From: Lachnospiraceae bacterium
Lineage (GTDB): Bacteria > Bacillota > Clostridia > Lachnospirales > Lachnospiraceae
NCBI GenBank assembly: GCA_016301965.1
Contig: JAEDOO010000001.1
Location: 4,283-68,282, forward strand
Direction: 5' to 3'
Length of the DNA: 64,000 bases
Shown: positions 55,558 to 64,000 of the stretch, one piece after another
Position numbering within the stretch: position 1 is the first letter of the stretch
How the letters are laid out: every line of letters begins with the position of its first letter
Position numbers and translations under genes: made by a program
Notes under the pieces: model-generated
What the model was told of the DNA's origin: nothing
The model's input: only the letters and a program-made list of their open reading frames with translations
The model's database searches: none

Positions 55558-56064
55558 ATGGCGGAAATTAAAAAGACAACCAGTAAAGCAGCTGCCCCTA
55601 AAAAAGCTGTTGCGGCGCGTACGAGTGCTGCAGGTACAACAGCAAAAAAGGTAACAGCAAAGAAACCGGCTGCCGCTCCGAAAAAAGAGAGTGCAGCTAA
55701 GACTGCCGCTGCAGATGCAGCTGAGGCAGATAAAATCGTTAAAAATGTGGGCGAAGCCCCGATTATCCACAAGGAGGAAAAAAGAATGGCACAGGAAGCA
55801 TTAGGAATGGTTGAAACCAGAGGTTTAGTAGCAAATATCGAAGCAGCAGATGCTATGTGCAAAGCTGCTAACGTTGCTCTGGTTGGTACAGAGAAAATCG
55901 GTTCCGGTCTGGTAACTGTTATGGTTCGCGGCGATGTTGGCGCTGTTAAATCTTCTGTAGAAGCAGGCGCAAACGCTGCATCCAGACTTGGTGAGCTGGT
56001 AGCTACACACGTAATCCCGAGACCGCACGAGGATGTTGAGAAGATCCTGCCGGCAATCAAATAA
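55558..56064 (+). CDS. BMC-H shell protein (PduA paralogue) with 76-aa basic Ala/Lys/Pro-rich N-terminal extension
   Basis: [43 protein letters not shown]... is followed by a domain roughly 85-90% identical (by eye) to the 54959 product. An in-frame internal ATG at 55786 is preceded by AAGGAGGA. Confidence 0.85.
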   Translation: MAEIKKTTSKAAAPKKAVAARTSAAGTTAKKVTAKKPAAAPKKESAAKTAAADAAEADKIVKNVGEAPIIHKEEKRMAQEALGMVETRGLVANIEAADAMCKAANVALVGTEKIGSGLVTVMVRGDVGAVKSSVEAGANAASRLGELVATHVIPRPHEDVEKILPAIK

Positions 56065-56095
56065 GCATTTTTAATACTTAAGGAATTGCATAAGC

Positions 56096-56136
56096 TGCAG
56101 TGCAGTGTCTACATATATTTACACTGCACTGCTCTT
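56096..56136 (+). terminator. intra-operon stem-loop (attenuator/processing site candidate) after the shell-gene block
   Basis: Perfect 12-bp stem gcagtgcagtgt / acactgcactgc with a 12-nt loop, followed by tcttt. Confidence 0.45.
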
Positions 56137-56163
56137 TAAAAAAACAAGAAAGCAGGTGTCAAC

Positions 56164-56808
56164 ATGCAAAATCAGGATGTTGAATTAATTACCAGACTGG
56201 TAATGGAAGCCATCCAGCAGCAAACTCCTTCCAAACAGGGATTTGCTGTACCGGTTGGTGTATCCGCAAGACATGTACATCTGTCCCAGGCAGATCTGGA
56301 GGTGCTGTTCGGTGAAGGCTATCAGCTGACAAAGAAAAAAGAGCTGATGGGCGGACAGTTTGCATCCAACGAGCAGGTTACTATCGTAGGACTTAAGCTT
56401 CGTGCCATCGAGAATGTCCGTATCCTCGGACCGTGCCGTAAGGCTTCCCAGGTGGAGATCTCAAAGACAGATGCACTTAAGCTCGGAATCAAGGCACCGG
56501 TCAGAGAATCAGGTGATGTAGCCGGCTCTGCACCGATCGCACTGGTTGGACCAAAAGGTGTTCTGTACCTCAATGAGGGATGTATCGTAGCTCAGAGACA
56601 TATCCATATGTCCCCGGCAGATGCTGCAGCAGCAGGCGTAAAGGATGGCGACATCGTTTCCGTTCAGGCTGAAAACGAGAGAGGAACCACATTCAACCAC
56701 GTTAAGATCCGTGTTCATGAAACATTCACACTGGAAATGCACATTGATACAGATGAGGCCAATGCAGCCGGTATCAAACAGGGCGACACTGTTAGAATGT
56801 TCAAATAA
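56164..56808 (+). CDS. pduL: phosphate propanoyltransferase (PduL) with N-terminal encapsulation-type helix
   Basis: PVGVSARHVHLSQADLEVLFG and the second-half QRHIHMSPADA. N-terminal VELITRLVMEAIQQ. Confidence 0.9.
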   Translation: MQNQDVELITRLVMEAIQQQTPSKQGFAVPVGVSARHVHLSQADLEVLFGEGYQLTKKKELMGGQFASNEQVTIVGLKLRAIENVRILGPCRKASQVEISKTDALKLGIKAPVRESGDVAGSAPIALVGPKGVLYLNEGCIVAQRHIHMSPADAAAAGVKDGDIVSVQAENERGTTFNHVKIRVHETFTLEMHIDTDEANAAGIKQGDTVRMFK

Positions 56809-56872
56809 TAAGCGCAAAAGGGGCGGATTATTTTCGCCCCTATACGTGTAAATAACCACATGGAGGTATGAG

Positions 56873-57139
56873 ATGATTGTAGGCAAAGTAGTAGGCAGTG
56901 TTGTTTCTACCAGAAAAAGCGACAATCTGATAGGTCAGAAATTTATGATTGTAGAGCCGGTGCAGCATATGAAAGGCAGCCTTAATCAGCTCGTGGCCAT
57001 CGACAACATTGGTGCCGGTGTAGGCGAATTTGTGCTTGTAGCGCAGGGCAGCGCAGCCAGAATCGGTTGCGGACTTGATTCAGCACCGATAGATGCGGCT
57101 ATTGTTGGTATCATTGACGACGGAGCAGGATTGGAGTGA
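56873..57139 (+). CDS. pduN: BMC-P pentameric vertex protein (EutN/PduN/CcmL family)
   Basis: MIVGKVVGSVVSTRK...GQKFMIVEP...DAAIVGIID. 88 aa. Confidence 0.88.
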   Translation: MIVGKVVGSVVSTRKSDNLIGQKFMIVEPVQHMKGSLNQLVAIDNIGAGVGEFVLVAQGSAARIGCGLDSAPIDAAIVGIIDDGAGLE

Positions 57140-57143
57140 TAAC

Positions 57144-58469
57144 ATGGATATCAATACATTAAAAAATATCTTGCAGGAGAATGGTATCGTTGGCGCCGGC
57201 GGAGCGGGATTTCCCACATATGCAAAGCTGGATGAGAGAGCTAACACAATTCTTCTGAACTGTGCCGAGTGTGAACCGCTTCTGAAACTCCACAGACAGC
57301 TGCTGGAAAAACATGCGTATGAGATCATGAAAACGTTCAGCATGGTAGCAGATGTAGTTGGTGCAGACGAGGCAATTATCGGCGTTAAAGAGTCTTACAA
57401 AGATACAGTCAAGGCTCTGGAAACATACATAGACGAATTTCCGAAGGTACGCATTCATCAGCTGCCGGAAGTATATCCGATGGGCGATGAGGTCGTACTG
57501 ATTTATGAAGCAACGGGACGTGTTGTACGTCCGGGCGGACTTCCCATTGAACAGGGAGTTGCCGTATTTAACGTAGAGACTATTTATAATGTGTATCGTG
57601 CAGTGGAAAAACAGCAGCCGGTTACAGACAAGCTTGTATCTGTAGTGGCTGAGGTAGAACATCCGGTGACAGTGCGTGTGCCCATCGGCACTGCTCTCAG
57701 TGAAGTAGTTGCCATGGCAGGTGTGACTACAGTCAAGGATCCGGTATACTTTGTGGGCGGCCCAATGATGGGCTTTATCGGTTCCGGAGATATGCCGGTG
57801 ACCAAGACCACAAATGCTGTTCTGGTACTTCCGCAGGATCACGTTATTGTCAATAAAAAGAGAAGTAAAGCATCTATTGGCATGAAGAGAGCAGCATCTA
57901 TCTGCTGCCAGTGCCATATGTGTACGGACATGTGTCCGAGATTTAACCTGGGTCATCCAATCCAGCCGCATATGTTTATGCGTGCTACATCCAATCATGA
58001 CTTCCAGGATACAAATCCTTATCTGAACACATTCTTCTGCTGTTCCTGTGGTGTGTGTGAGATGTATGCCTGCCCGCAGAGCCTGGCACCCCGCTCACTG
58101 ATGCTGGAATTCAAAGGCGGACTGCGCAAAAATGGCGTGAAACCGCCTCAGGTTACCGCAAAACCGGTTCATGACGGCAGAGAACTCAGAAAGGTTCCGG
58201 AAGAGAGACTGATGGCCAGACTGGGACTGTCCAGATATGACAAACCGGCTCCGCTTAATGATACAGTGGCAGCGGTAAAGAAAGTAACTGTCAAACTCAG
58301 CCAGCACATCGGTGCGCCGGCACAGGCTGTCGTAAAGAAAGGTGACATTGTCACTGCAGGACAGGTAATTGCCAAACCGGCTGACAAGGCGTTGAGCGTT
58401 GCTATTCATGCTTCTATCAGCGGAAGAGTAACGGATGTGAATGATCAGACGATCGTGATCGTAGCATAA
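57144..58469 (+). CDS. PduS/RnfC-like flavin and Fe-S oxidoreductase
   Basis: GIVGAGGAGFPTYAKL (RnfC/NuoF-like) and 4Fe-4S motifs CCQCHMCTDMCP and CCSCGVCEMYACP. Confidence 0.8.
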   Translation: MDINTLKNILQENGIVGAGGAGFPTYAKLDERANTILLNCAECEPLLKLHRQLLEKHAYEIMKTFSMVADVVGADEAIIGVKESYKDTVKALETYIDEFPKVRIHQLPEVYPMGDEVVLIYEATGRVVRPGGLPIEQGVAVFNVETIYNVYRAVEKQQPVTDKLVSVVAEVEHPVTVRVPIGTALSEVVAMAGVTTVKDPVYFVGGPMMGFIGSGDMPVTKTTNAVLVLPQDHVIVNKKRSKASIGMKRAASICCQCHMCTDMCPRFNLGHPIQPHMFMRATSNHDFQDTNPYLNTFFCCSCGVCEMYACPQSLAPRSLMLEFKGGLRKNGVKPPQVTAKPVHDGRELRKVPEERLMARLGLSRYDKPAPLNDTVAAVKKVTVKLSQHIGAPAQAVVKKGDIVTAGQVIAKPADKALSVAIHASISGRVTDVNDQTIVIVA

Positions 58470-58486
58470 GAAAGGATGTGCACAAG

Positions 58487-59035
58487 ATGAGTAAAGCAAT
58501 CGGAATGATTGAATTTAAGACCATAGCTACAGGTATTACCGCAGCAGATGCTATGGTAAAGACAGCAGACGTCGAGCTTGTAGAAGCACAGGCTGTATGT
58601 CCCGGTAAATATATTGCTATTGTTTCCGGCGATCTGAGTGCTGTCAAAGCAGCTGTAGACGCAGCCTGCACACAGTATGAGACAGAACTGATTGACAGTA
58701 TGGTTCTGGGTAATCCTCATGAGTCTATTTTCCCGGCAATTTACGGTGCTTCCCATGTAGATGATATCAGCGCTCTCGGTATTATCGAGACATACGATGT
58801 GGCTGCTATCATTGAGGCAGCCGATGCTGCTGCAAAGACAGCTATCGTTGAACTGATCGAGCTGCGTATTGCCAAGGGTATGTGCGGTAAATCCTATATG
58901 CTGCTTACCGGCGAGGTATCTGCAGTTGAGGCAGCTATAGAGAGAGCCAAAGCAGTAGTTGGTCCGAAAGGAATGTATCTGGATTCTTCTGTTATTGCCC
59001 ATCCGGATAAAAAGATCGCCAATTCGATCTTATAA
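58487..59035 (+). CDS. pduT: BMC-T tandem-domain shell protein (PduT-like)
   Basis: Two BMC domains (AIGMIEFKTIATGITAADAMVK.. and ALGIIETYDVAAIIEAADAAAK..). A Cys in VCPGKY sits at the position of the PduT cluster ligand. Confidence 0.82.
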   Translation: MSKAIGMIEFKTIATGITAADAMVKTADVELVEAQAVCPGKYIAIVSGDLSAVKAAVDAACTQYETELIDSMVLGNPHESIFPAIYGASHVDDISALGIIETYDVAAIIEAADAAAKTAIVELIELRIAKGMCGKSYMLLTGEVSAVEAAIERAKAVVGPKGMYLDSSVIAHPDKKIANSIL

Positions 59036-59081
59036 TCATCTTTAAGATGAAAAACGCAGCTGCAGGAAAGGAGAGCAACAG

Positions 59082-59846
59082 ATGTTAGCACTCGAAAGAA
59101 GAAATCTGATACTCGAAAAGCTGCAGGAAGACAAAAAAGTTGTTGTGAGTTTGCTCAGCCGCCAGTTTGGAGTGTCGGAGGAGACGATCCGCCGCGATCT
59201 GGAAAAGCTGGAGTCTGACGGCTTTGCCATAAAGAGCTATGGCGGAGCTGTGCTGAATGAAAACAGCAACGTTGATATGCCCTTTGGCATCCGAAAAAAT
59301 AAAAACGTTTCTGCAAAACAGAAAATTGCCGAGCTGGCAGCAAAACTGGTGGACGATGATGATCAGATCATGCTGGATGCCAGTACCACTGCTGTATTTA
59401 TAGCCCGCGCACTGAAACAGAAATCTCGCCTGACAGTAGTCACCAACTCTATTGAGGTGTTGCTTGAACTTTCGGATATCTCTGGCTGGAATGTGATATC
59501 TACCGGAGGTAAGCTGAAAGAAGGTTATCTTGCGCTTCTGGGTTACAATGCACAGGTAGGGGTGGAACGTTACTGTGCGGATAAACTGTTTCTGTCCTGC
59601 AAGGGTTTGGATATTTTTCGTGGATTTATGGATTCCCAGGAAGCCTTTGCACAGGTGAAACAGTCCATGCTTCGCTCTGCACGGGAAATATATCTAGTAG
59701 TGGATAATTCCAAATTCGAGCAGGGGGCATTTTGCAAGATCGGTGATTTTGGTATCTTAAGCGGTATCATTACGGACAGAGAGCCGGAGCAGGAATGGCA
59801 GGAATTTTTCAGAGAGCAGGGCATACGCTGCTACTATCCCCGTTGA
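59082..59846 (+). CDS. DeoR-family transcriptional regulator
   Basis: N-terminal HTH (RRNLILEKLQEDKKVVVSLLSRQFGVSEETIRRDL) plus a sugar-phosphate-binding C-terminal domain. 254 aa. Confidence 0.88.
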   Translation: MLALERRNLILEKLQEDKKVVVSLLSRQFGVSEETIRRDLEKLESDGFAIKSYGGAVLNENSNVDMPFGIRKNKNVSAKQKIAELAAKLVDDDDQIMLDASTTAVFIARALKQKSRLTVVTNSIEVLLELSDISGWNVISTGGKLKEGYLALLGYNAQVGVERYCADKLFLSCKGLDIFRGFMDSQEAFAQVKQSMLRSAREIYLVVDNSKFEQGAFCKIGDFGILSGIITDREPEQEWQEFFREQGIRCYYPR

Positions 59847-59879
59847 TGAGGATATTTCGAAAAAAGGTGAAAACTAGTT

Positions 59880-61025
59880 ATGAATACATTTAAAATGTTA
59901 ACCACGATCCATTTCGGAGATAACGCACTGGATCATCTGAAGGAAATTACCTATCAGAGAATTATGGTGATCATGGATCCGTTTGTCTATACAAGCGGTC
60001 TGTATAAGCAGATTACAAAACCTCTCGAAGAGGCACATAAAGATTATACGATTTTCAGCGATGTTGTGCCGGATGCTCCAATCGATAAGATTTCGGCCGG
60101 TGTAAAGGCATTTCTTGAGTACAAGCCGGATGCGATCGTTGCTGTAGGCGGCGGTTCTGCAATAGATTCTTCCAAATCTATCCGTGAATTTGCATTGAAA
60201 ATCAACCCTTATGGTAAAGTGGGTCTGATCGCTATTCCGACGACCAGTGGTACAGGATCCGAGGTAACAGCCTTTGCTGTAGTTAATGACACTCAGGCTA
60301 AGGTAAAATATCCGCTTGTATCTGACAGTCTGACTGCCGATGAAGCTATTCTGGATGCGGCGCTGGTTACCAGTGTACCGCCGGCGGTCACAGCGGATAC
60401 GGGTATGGATGTTGTGACTCATGCGCTGGAGTCTTATGTCAGCACACAGCATAATGAGTTTTCTGCTGCTCTTGCAGAGAAAGCTCTGGAGATCTGTGGT
60501 GTGTTCCTGCCCAGATGTTATTATGACGGTCAGGATATGCATGCCCGTCAGAAGATGCATGTGGCTTCTTGTCTGGCAGGACTTGCTTTCAATACCGCGT
60601 CTCTGGGTATCAATCACAGTATGGCACATCAGCTGGGCGCTAGATTCCATATTCCCCATGGCCGTGCCAATGCGATGCTGTTGCCCCATGTTATTGAGTT
60701 TAACTCAGATATCAATCATGCCAGCCGCAGTCAGAAGGAATACCTTCCCGCTGTGGAACGATATGCTTCTGTAGCCCATGTGCTGGGATTATCAAGCTAC
60801 AATCCGGTTATGGGTGTCAGATCTCTGGTGAACTGGACACAGTTTATGATGAAGGAAATGGCAATTCCCATGCGCATTTCCGAACTGAAAACGATCAGTG
60901 CAGTGGAATATTTCGATGCTCTGGATGATATGGCAGAAAAAGCATTGAATGACGGCTGTACGGCAACTAATCCGCGCCCGGTGACCAAGGAGCAGATTAA
61001 GCATATTTATACAAAGCTCTGGTAA
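59880..61025 (+). CDS. iron-containing alcohol dehydrogenase (lactaldehyde/propanediol oxidoreductase-like)
   Basis: AVGGGSAIDSSK, PTTSGTGSEVT, and His-rich metal-site residues (HALESY, HSMAHQLG, HGRANA). Confidence 0.85.
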   Translation: MNTFKMLTTIHFGDNALDHLKEITYQRIMVIMDPFVYTSGLYKQITKPLEEAHKDYTIFSDVVPDAPIDKISAGVKAFLEYKPDAIVAVGGGSAIDSSKSIREFALKINPYGKVGLIAIPTTSGTGSEVTAFAVVNDTQAKVKYPLVSDSLTADEAILDAALVTSVPPAVTADTGMDVVTHALESYVSTQHNEFSAALAEKALEICGVFLPRCYYDGQDMHARQKMHVASCLAGLAFNTASLGINHSMAHQLGARFHIPHGRANAMLLPHVIEFNSDINHASRSQKEYLPAVERYASVAHVLGLSSYNPVMGVRSLVNWTQFMMKEMAIPMRISELKTISAVEYFDALDDMAEKALNDGCTATNPRPVTKEQIKHIYTKLW

Positions 61026-61073
61026 TCGAAAGAGATAATCTCGACATATAGTTGATGATACTTGGTACTTTAG

Positions 61074-61115
61074 CAGAGGCGTTGCCCATAAAGCAGCGCC
61101 TCTGTTTGCATTTTT
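61074..61115 (+). terminator. rho-independent terminator closing the BMC/alcohol dehydrogenase unit
   Basis: cagaggcgttgc / gcagcgcctctg stem (one G-U pair), 7-nt loop, then tttgcattttt. Confidence 0.75.
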
Positions 61116-61203
61116 ACAACAGATAGTTTCCTGTAGGAGGAAAACAAGTACGGCATTACACATAGGTAAGACAGAATAGTGTATACAGGAAGGAAACAAG
61201 ACC

Positions 61204-62274
61204 GTGAGTGCGACGATAAAAGATATAAAAGAAGAAACCGGTTTATCGCTGGCAACGATCTCCAAGTATCTCAATGGAGGGAAAGTGCTGGACAAAAATG
61301 CGCAGCTGATTCGCACAGCTGTAGAAAAACTCCATTATCAGCCCAATGAGATGGCCCGCAGCCTGGTGACCAACAAAACCAGAACAGTAGGGGTGGTATG
61401 CTACAGTGTGGCATCGCTGTTTGCGGGTATTATGTTAAAACATGTAGGTGATTTTCTGCGCAGCAAAGGTTATGGTGTGCTGATCTGTGATTCTGATAAT
61501 AAGGAAGAATTGCAGGCAGAAAATATTCGTTTTATGCTGAATAAGAAAGTGGATGGCATTATTATTATCCCTGTATCTACCAGTGCGGACAGTCTGAAGA
61601 TCGCCCGGGATGCAAATGTGCCTGTGGTGGTTTTGGATCGTGATATGGAAGGCAATGATCATGATGTGGTCACTGTCGATAATTACAGTGCCGGTGTCAA
61701 ACTGATGAATTTTCTCATCGAGCGTCATCATACCAGAATCGCTTTGATCAGCTCAGGGAAACATTCTTCACACGAAGCAAGAAATCAGGCATACATGGAT
61801 GTGCTGAAAAGGGAAGGTATTCCAGTCAGAAATGAATATATCTGCCTTGATAATCACACCATGGAAGCCGGATACTGTGCCATGAAAAAGCTTCTGCGTC
61901 TGGAGGAACGGCCTACTGCTGTTTTTTCTACGGGCTATGAATTTAATCTGGGCATTGTTATGGCGCTGAATGAGGATAACGTCAAATATCCGGAAGAGAT
62001 GTCTATCGTAGGCTTTGATGATCTGATCCTGCCAAGTATTCTGCACACGCAGCTGACCGTCATGAGCCAGCCTATGGAAAAAATGGGCAGAGCCGCCGCT
62101 TCCTTACTCTTGAAACGGATCCATGGGAAAAAGAGCGCGAAACCGGAACATATCATTTTTGATGCTGTACTTCTTGGGGGGAATTCTGTGATCGACCTCA
62201 CAAAATCAGGTTCTGAAAATATTTTGTGGAAAAGTCGTGAAAAGCGTTTACAATCCCGAGGAGAGATAGTATAA
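61204..62274 (+). CDS. LacI-family transcriptional regulator
   Basis: GTG start. HTH ATIKDIKEETGLSLATISKYLNG plus a periplasmic-binding-protein-like core. Confidence 0.88.
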   Translation: MSATIKDIKEETGLSLATISKYLNGGKVLDKNAQLIRTAVEKLHYQPNEMARSLVTNKTRTVGVVCYSVASLFAGIMLKHVGDFLRSKGYGVLICDSDNKEELQAENIRFMLNKKVDGIIIIPVSTSADSLKIARDANVPVVVLDRDMEGNDHDVVTVDNYSAGVKLMNFLIERHHTRIALISSGKHSSHEARNQAYMDVLKREGIPVRNEYICLDNHTMEAGYCAMKKLLRLEERPTAVFSTGYEFNLGIVMALNEDNVKYPEEMSIVGFDDLILPSILHTQLTVMSQPMEKMGRAAASLLLKRIHGKKSAKPEHIIFDAVLLGGNSVIDLTKSGSENILWKSREKRLQSRGEIV

Positions 62275-62283
62275 TCATTATAC

Positions 62284-62312
62284 ACAAAACGTTTCGAGTG
62301 AAAACGTTTTTG
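62284..62312. promoter_or_regulatory. two tandem palindromic LacI-type operator candidates
   Basis: acaAAACGTTTcg (core 62287-62294) and tgAAAACGTTTTtg (core 62301-62310). Confidence 0.5.
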
Positions 62313-62404
62313 TGTATGTTGCCGAGTATAAAATGTCACAAGTTGTAGTTCCTTGTGGCTTTTTATATTGGACACGCAAAAAAAAAACGTTGGGAGGAAG
62401 AAAA

Positions 62405-63382
62405 TTGGAAAAGATCAAACAAAATCCAATCGTAAAGAAGCTGGGACTTAACAGAATCATCCTTGTTGTCATCCTGATTCTCATGTTCATCGTCTTCAGA
62501 GTAGCACTGGGCAGCAAATTCCCTGTTGCCGAGAGTATCACTTCTACTTTGAACTACGTATACTTCCTGGGCTTCTTGTCACTCGGTGTTACCTTTGTTA
62601 TCGCAACAGGCGGAATCGATTTCTCTATCGGTCCGGTTATGTTCTGCTGCGCACTGATGTCAGGCTACTGCCTGAATTCCTATCATGTACCGCTTGTGCT
62701 GGCCATGATCATCAGTATTCTGATCGGTACTCTTTTTGGTACCTTTAACGGATGGCTGGTATCCTACATGTCAGTACCGGCATTCATCGTATCCATGGCA
62801 TCCATGAATATCGCCAAAGGTATGGCATCTGTATTTACCAAGACACAGTCTGTCAGCTGGCCGCTGGCTTCTGACCCGGTAAACGGATGGCTCAGAAGTA
62901 TTGTTTCCGTAAACGGATTCCCGGTAGGTCTGATCATTTTCCTGGTCGCTGCTGTGATCTGCGGAATCATTCTTTACAATACCAAGCCGGGACGTTATAT
63001 CCTTTGCCTTGGTTCAAACCGTGAGGCTGTAAGACTTTCTGGTGTTAACACCAAGAAATGGGAAATGCTTGCCTACATAATCTGTGGTACTCTGGTTGGT
63101 ATCGCTTCTCTGTTCTTCGTTGCTGCATACACAACTGTTCAGCCTGGTTACGGCGATCAGTACAACAACGAAGCCATTGCCGGTTGTGTAATGGGTGGTA
63201 CTTCCATGGTCGGCGGTCTCGCTTCCATCGGTGGTACAGTAATCGGTGTTGCTATTATCTCACTTCTTCAGCAGGGTATTATGGCATTTGGTCTTGGTAA
63301 AGGTCAGCAGATGATCATTACCGGTATTATCGTTATCGTTGCCGTATATGCCGATGTAAGTGCAAGACGCAGAAAGAACTGA
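62405..63382 (+). CDS. sugar ABC transporter permease (RbsC/branched-type family)
   Basis: Polytopic membrane protein with ATGGIDFSIGPVM and GGTSMVGGLASIGGT. TTG 62405 follows GGGAGGAAG; track start 62312 has no SD. Confidence 0.85.
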   Translation: MEKIKQNPIVKKLGLNRIILVVILILMFIVFRVALGSKFPVAESITSTLNYVYFLGFLSLGVTFVIATGGIDFSIGPVMFCCALMSGYCLNSYHVPLVLAMIISILIGTLFGTFNGWLVSYMSVPAFIVSMASMNIAKGMASVFTKTQSVSWPLASDPVNGWLRSIVSVNGFPVGLIIFLVAAVICGIILYNTKPGRYILCLGSNREAVRLSGVNTKKWEMLAYIICGTLVGIASLFFVAAYTTVQPGYGDQYNNEAIAGCVMGGTSMVGGLASIGGTVIGVAIISLLQQGIMAFGLGKGQQMIITGIIVIVAVYADVSARRRKN

Positions 63383-63398
63383 TGGGAAAGGAGAAGAG

Positions 63399-64000
63399 AA
63401 TGGGCGAAGTTATTTTAACAATGAAAGAAATCGATAAGTCTTTCCCGGGCGTCCACGCACTGGATCATGTTAACTTCGAAGTTAGACGCGGAGAAGTACA
63501 TGCTCTTATGGGAGAGAACGGTGCCGGTAAATCTACTCTTATGAAGGTTCTGACAGGTATCTATAAGAAAGACTCCGGTACGATCATTTATGAAGGCAAA
63601 GAGACTGAGTTCAGCAGCACACGTGAAGCGCAGGATGCAGGCGTGGTTATCGTGCATCAGGAGCTGAACATGGTCGGTGACCTGACCGTTGCACAGAACA
63701 TCTTCATTGGCCGTGAGCCGAAAAAAGGTATTCGTATCGATGACAAGAAGATGATCGAAGATTCCAAAGCTCTGTTTGAAGAGTTAAATATCGATATCAA
63801 CCCGAAGGAAAAGATGAGTAACCTGACAGTAGGTAAACAGCAGATGTGTGAGATCGCAAAAGCTATCTCTCATAAAGCTAAAGTTATCATCTTCGATGAG
63901 CCGTCTGCAGCTCTGACAGAAAAAGAGATCGCAGACTTGTTCGTTATCATTCGTGACCTTCGCGAAAAAGGTCTGGGTATCGTTTATATTTCTCACCGTA
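63399..64000 (+). CDS. sugar ABC transporter ATP-binding protein, N-terminal ~200 aa (3' end outside window)
   Basis: My own translation reads MGEVILTMKEIDKSFPGVHALDHVNFEVRRGEVHALMGENGAGKSTLMK...LTVGKQQMCEIAKA...IIFDEPSAALT. The ORF is open at the window end, so it is absent from the ORF track. Confidence 0.88.

Overview
Chromosomal segment of a Firmicutes/Clostridia genome. A Lachnospiraceae-like spore-former lineage is inferred from gene content and order only. Almost everything is on the + strand.

Layout:
- carB 3' end, uppP, and a carbamate-kinase-like gene.
- A ~9.3-kb accessory three-gene module: a Hanks kinase with a Sel1/TPR ectodomain, a 1669-aa Ig-repeat surface protein, and an SH3b-NlpC/P60-3D hydrolase. 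It is bracketed by copies of a long palindromic repeat.
- murE, priA-def-fmt-rsmB-rlmN-stp-prkC-rsgA-thiN, ychF, lgt.
- A dcw cluster from mraZ to ftsZ.
- aroE/aroD, then spoIIGA-sigE-sigG.
- A secreted L,D-transpeptidase and a PHP phosphoesterase.
- A ~12-kb bacterial microcompartment (BMC) locus.
- A LacI regulator plus the start of a sugar ABC transporter.

I saw no rRNA, tRNA, CRISPR array, transposase or integrase.

Most interesting points:
1. The BMC locus has the gene order of a GRM5 fucose/rhamnose microcompartment and keeps the radical-SAM activase, but it has no glycyl radical enzyme gene. It also has unusual add-ons: a Cys/His-rich linker on the aldolase, and a basic Ala/Lys/Pro-rich extension with an internal SD+ATG on a shell protein.
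2. An intergenic palindromic repeat family has a conserved ~87-bp core and diverged but self-complementary arms. Its copies flank the kinase/surface-protein/hydrolase module in inverted orientation.
3. The spoIIGA gene lacks most of the membrane domain and reads through into sigE, behind a Spo0A-type promoter with a 21-nt spacer.

All motif coordinates were counted by hand and may be off by 1-2 nt. No database search or numerical computation was possible.
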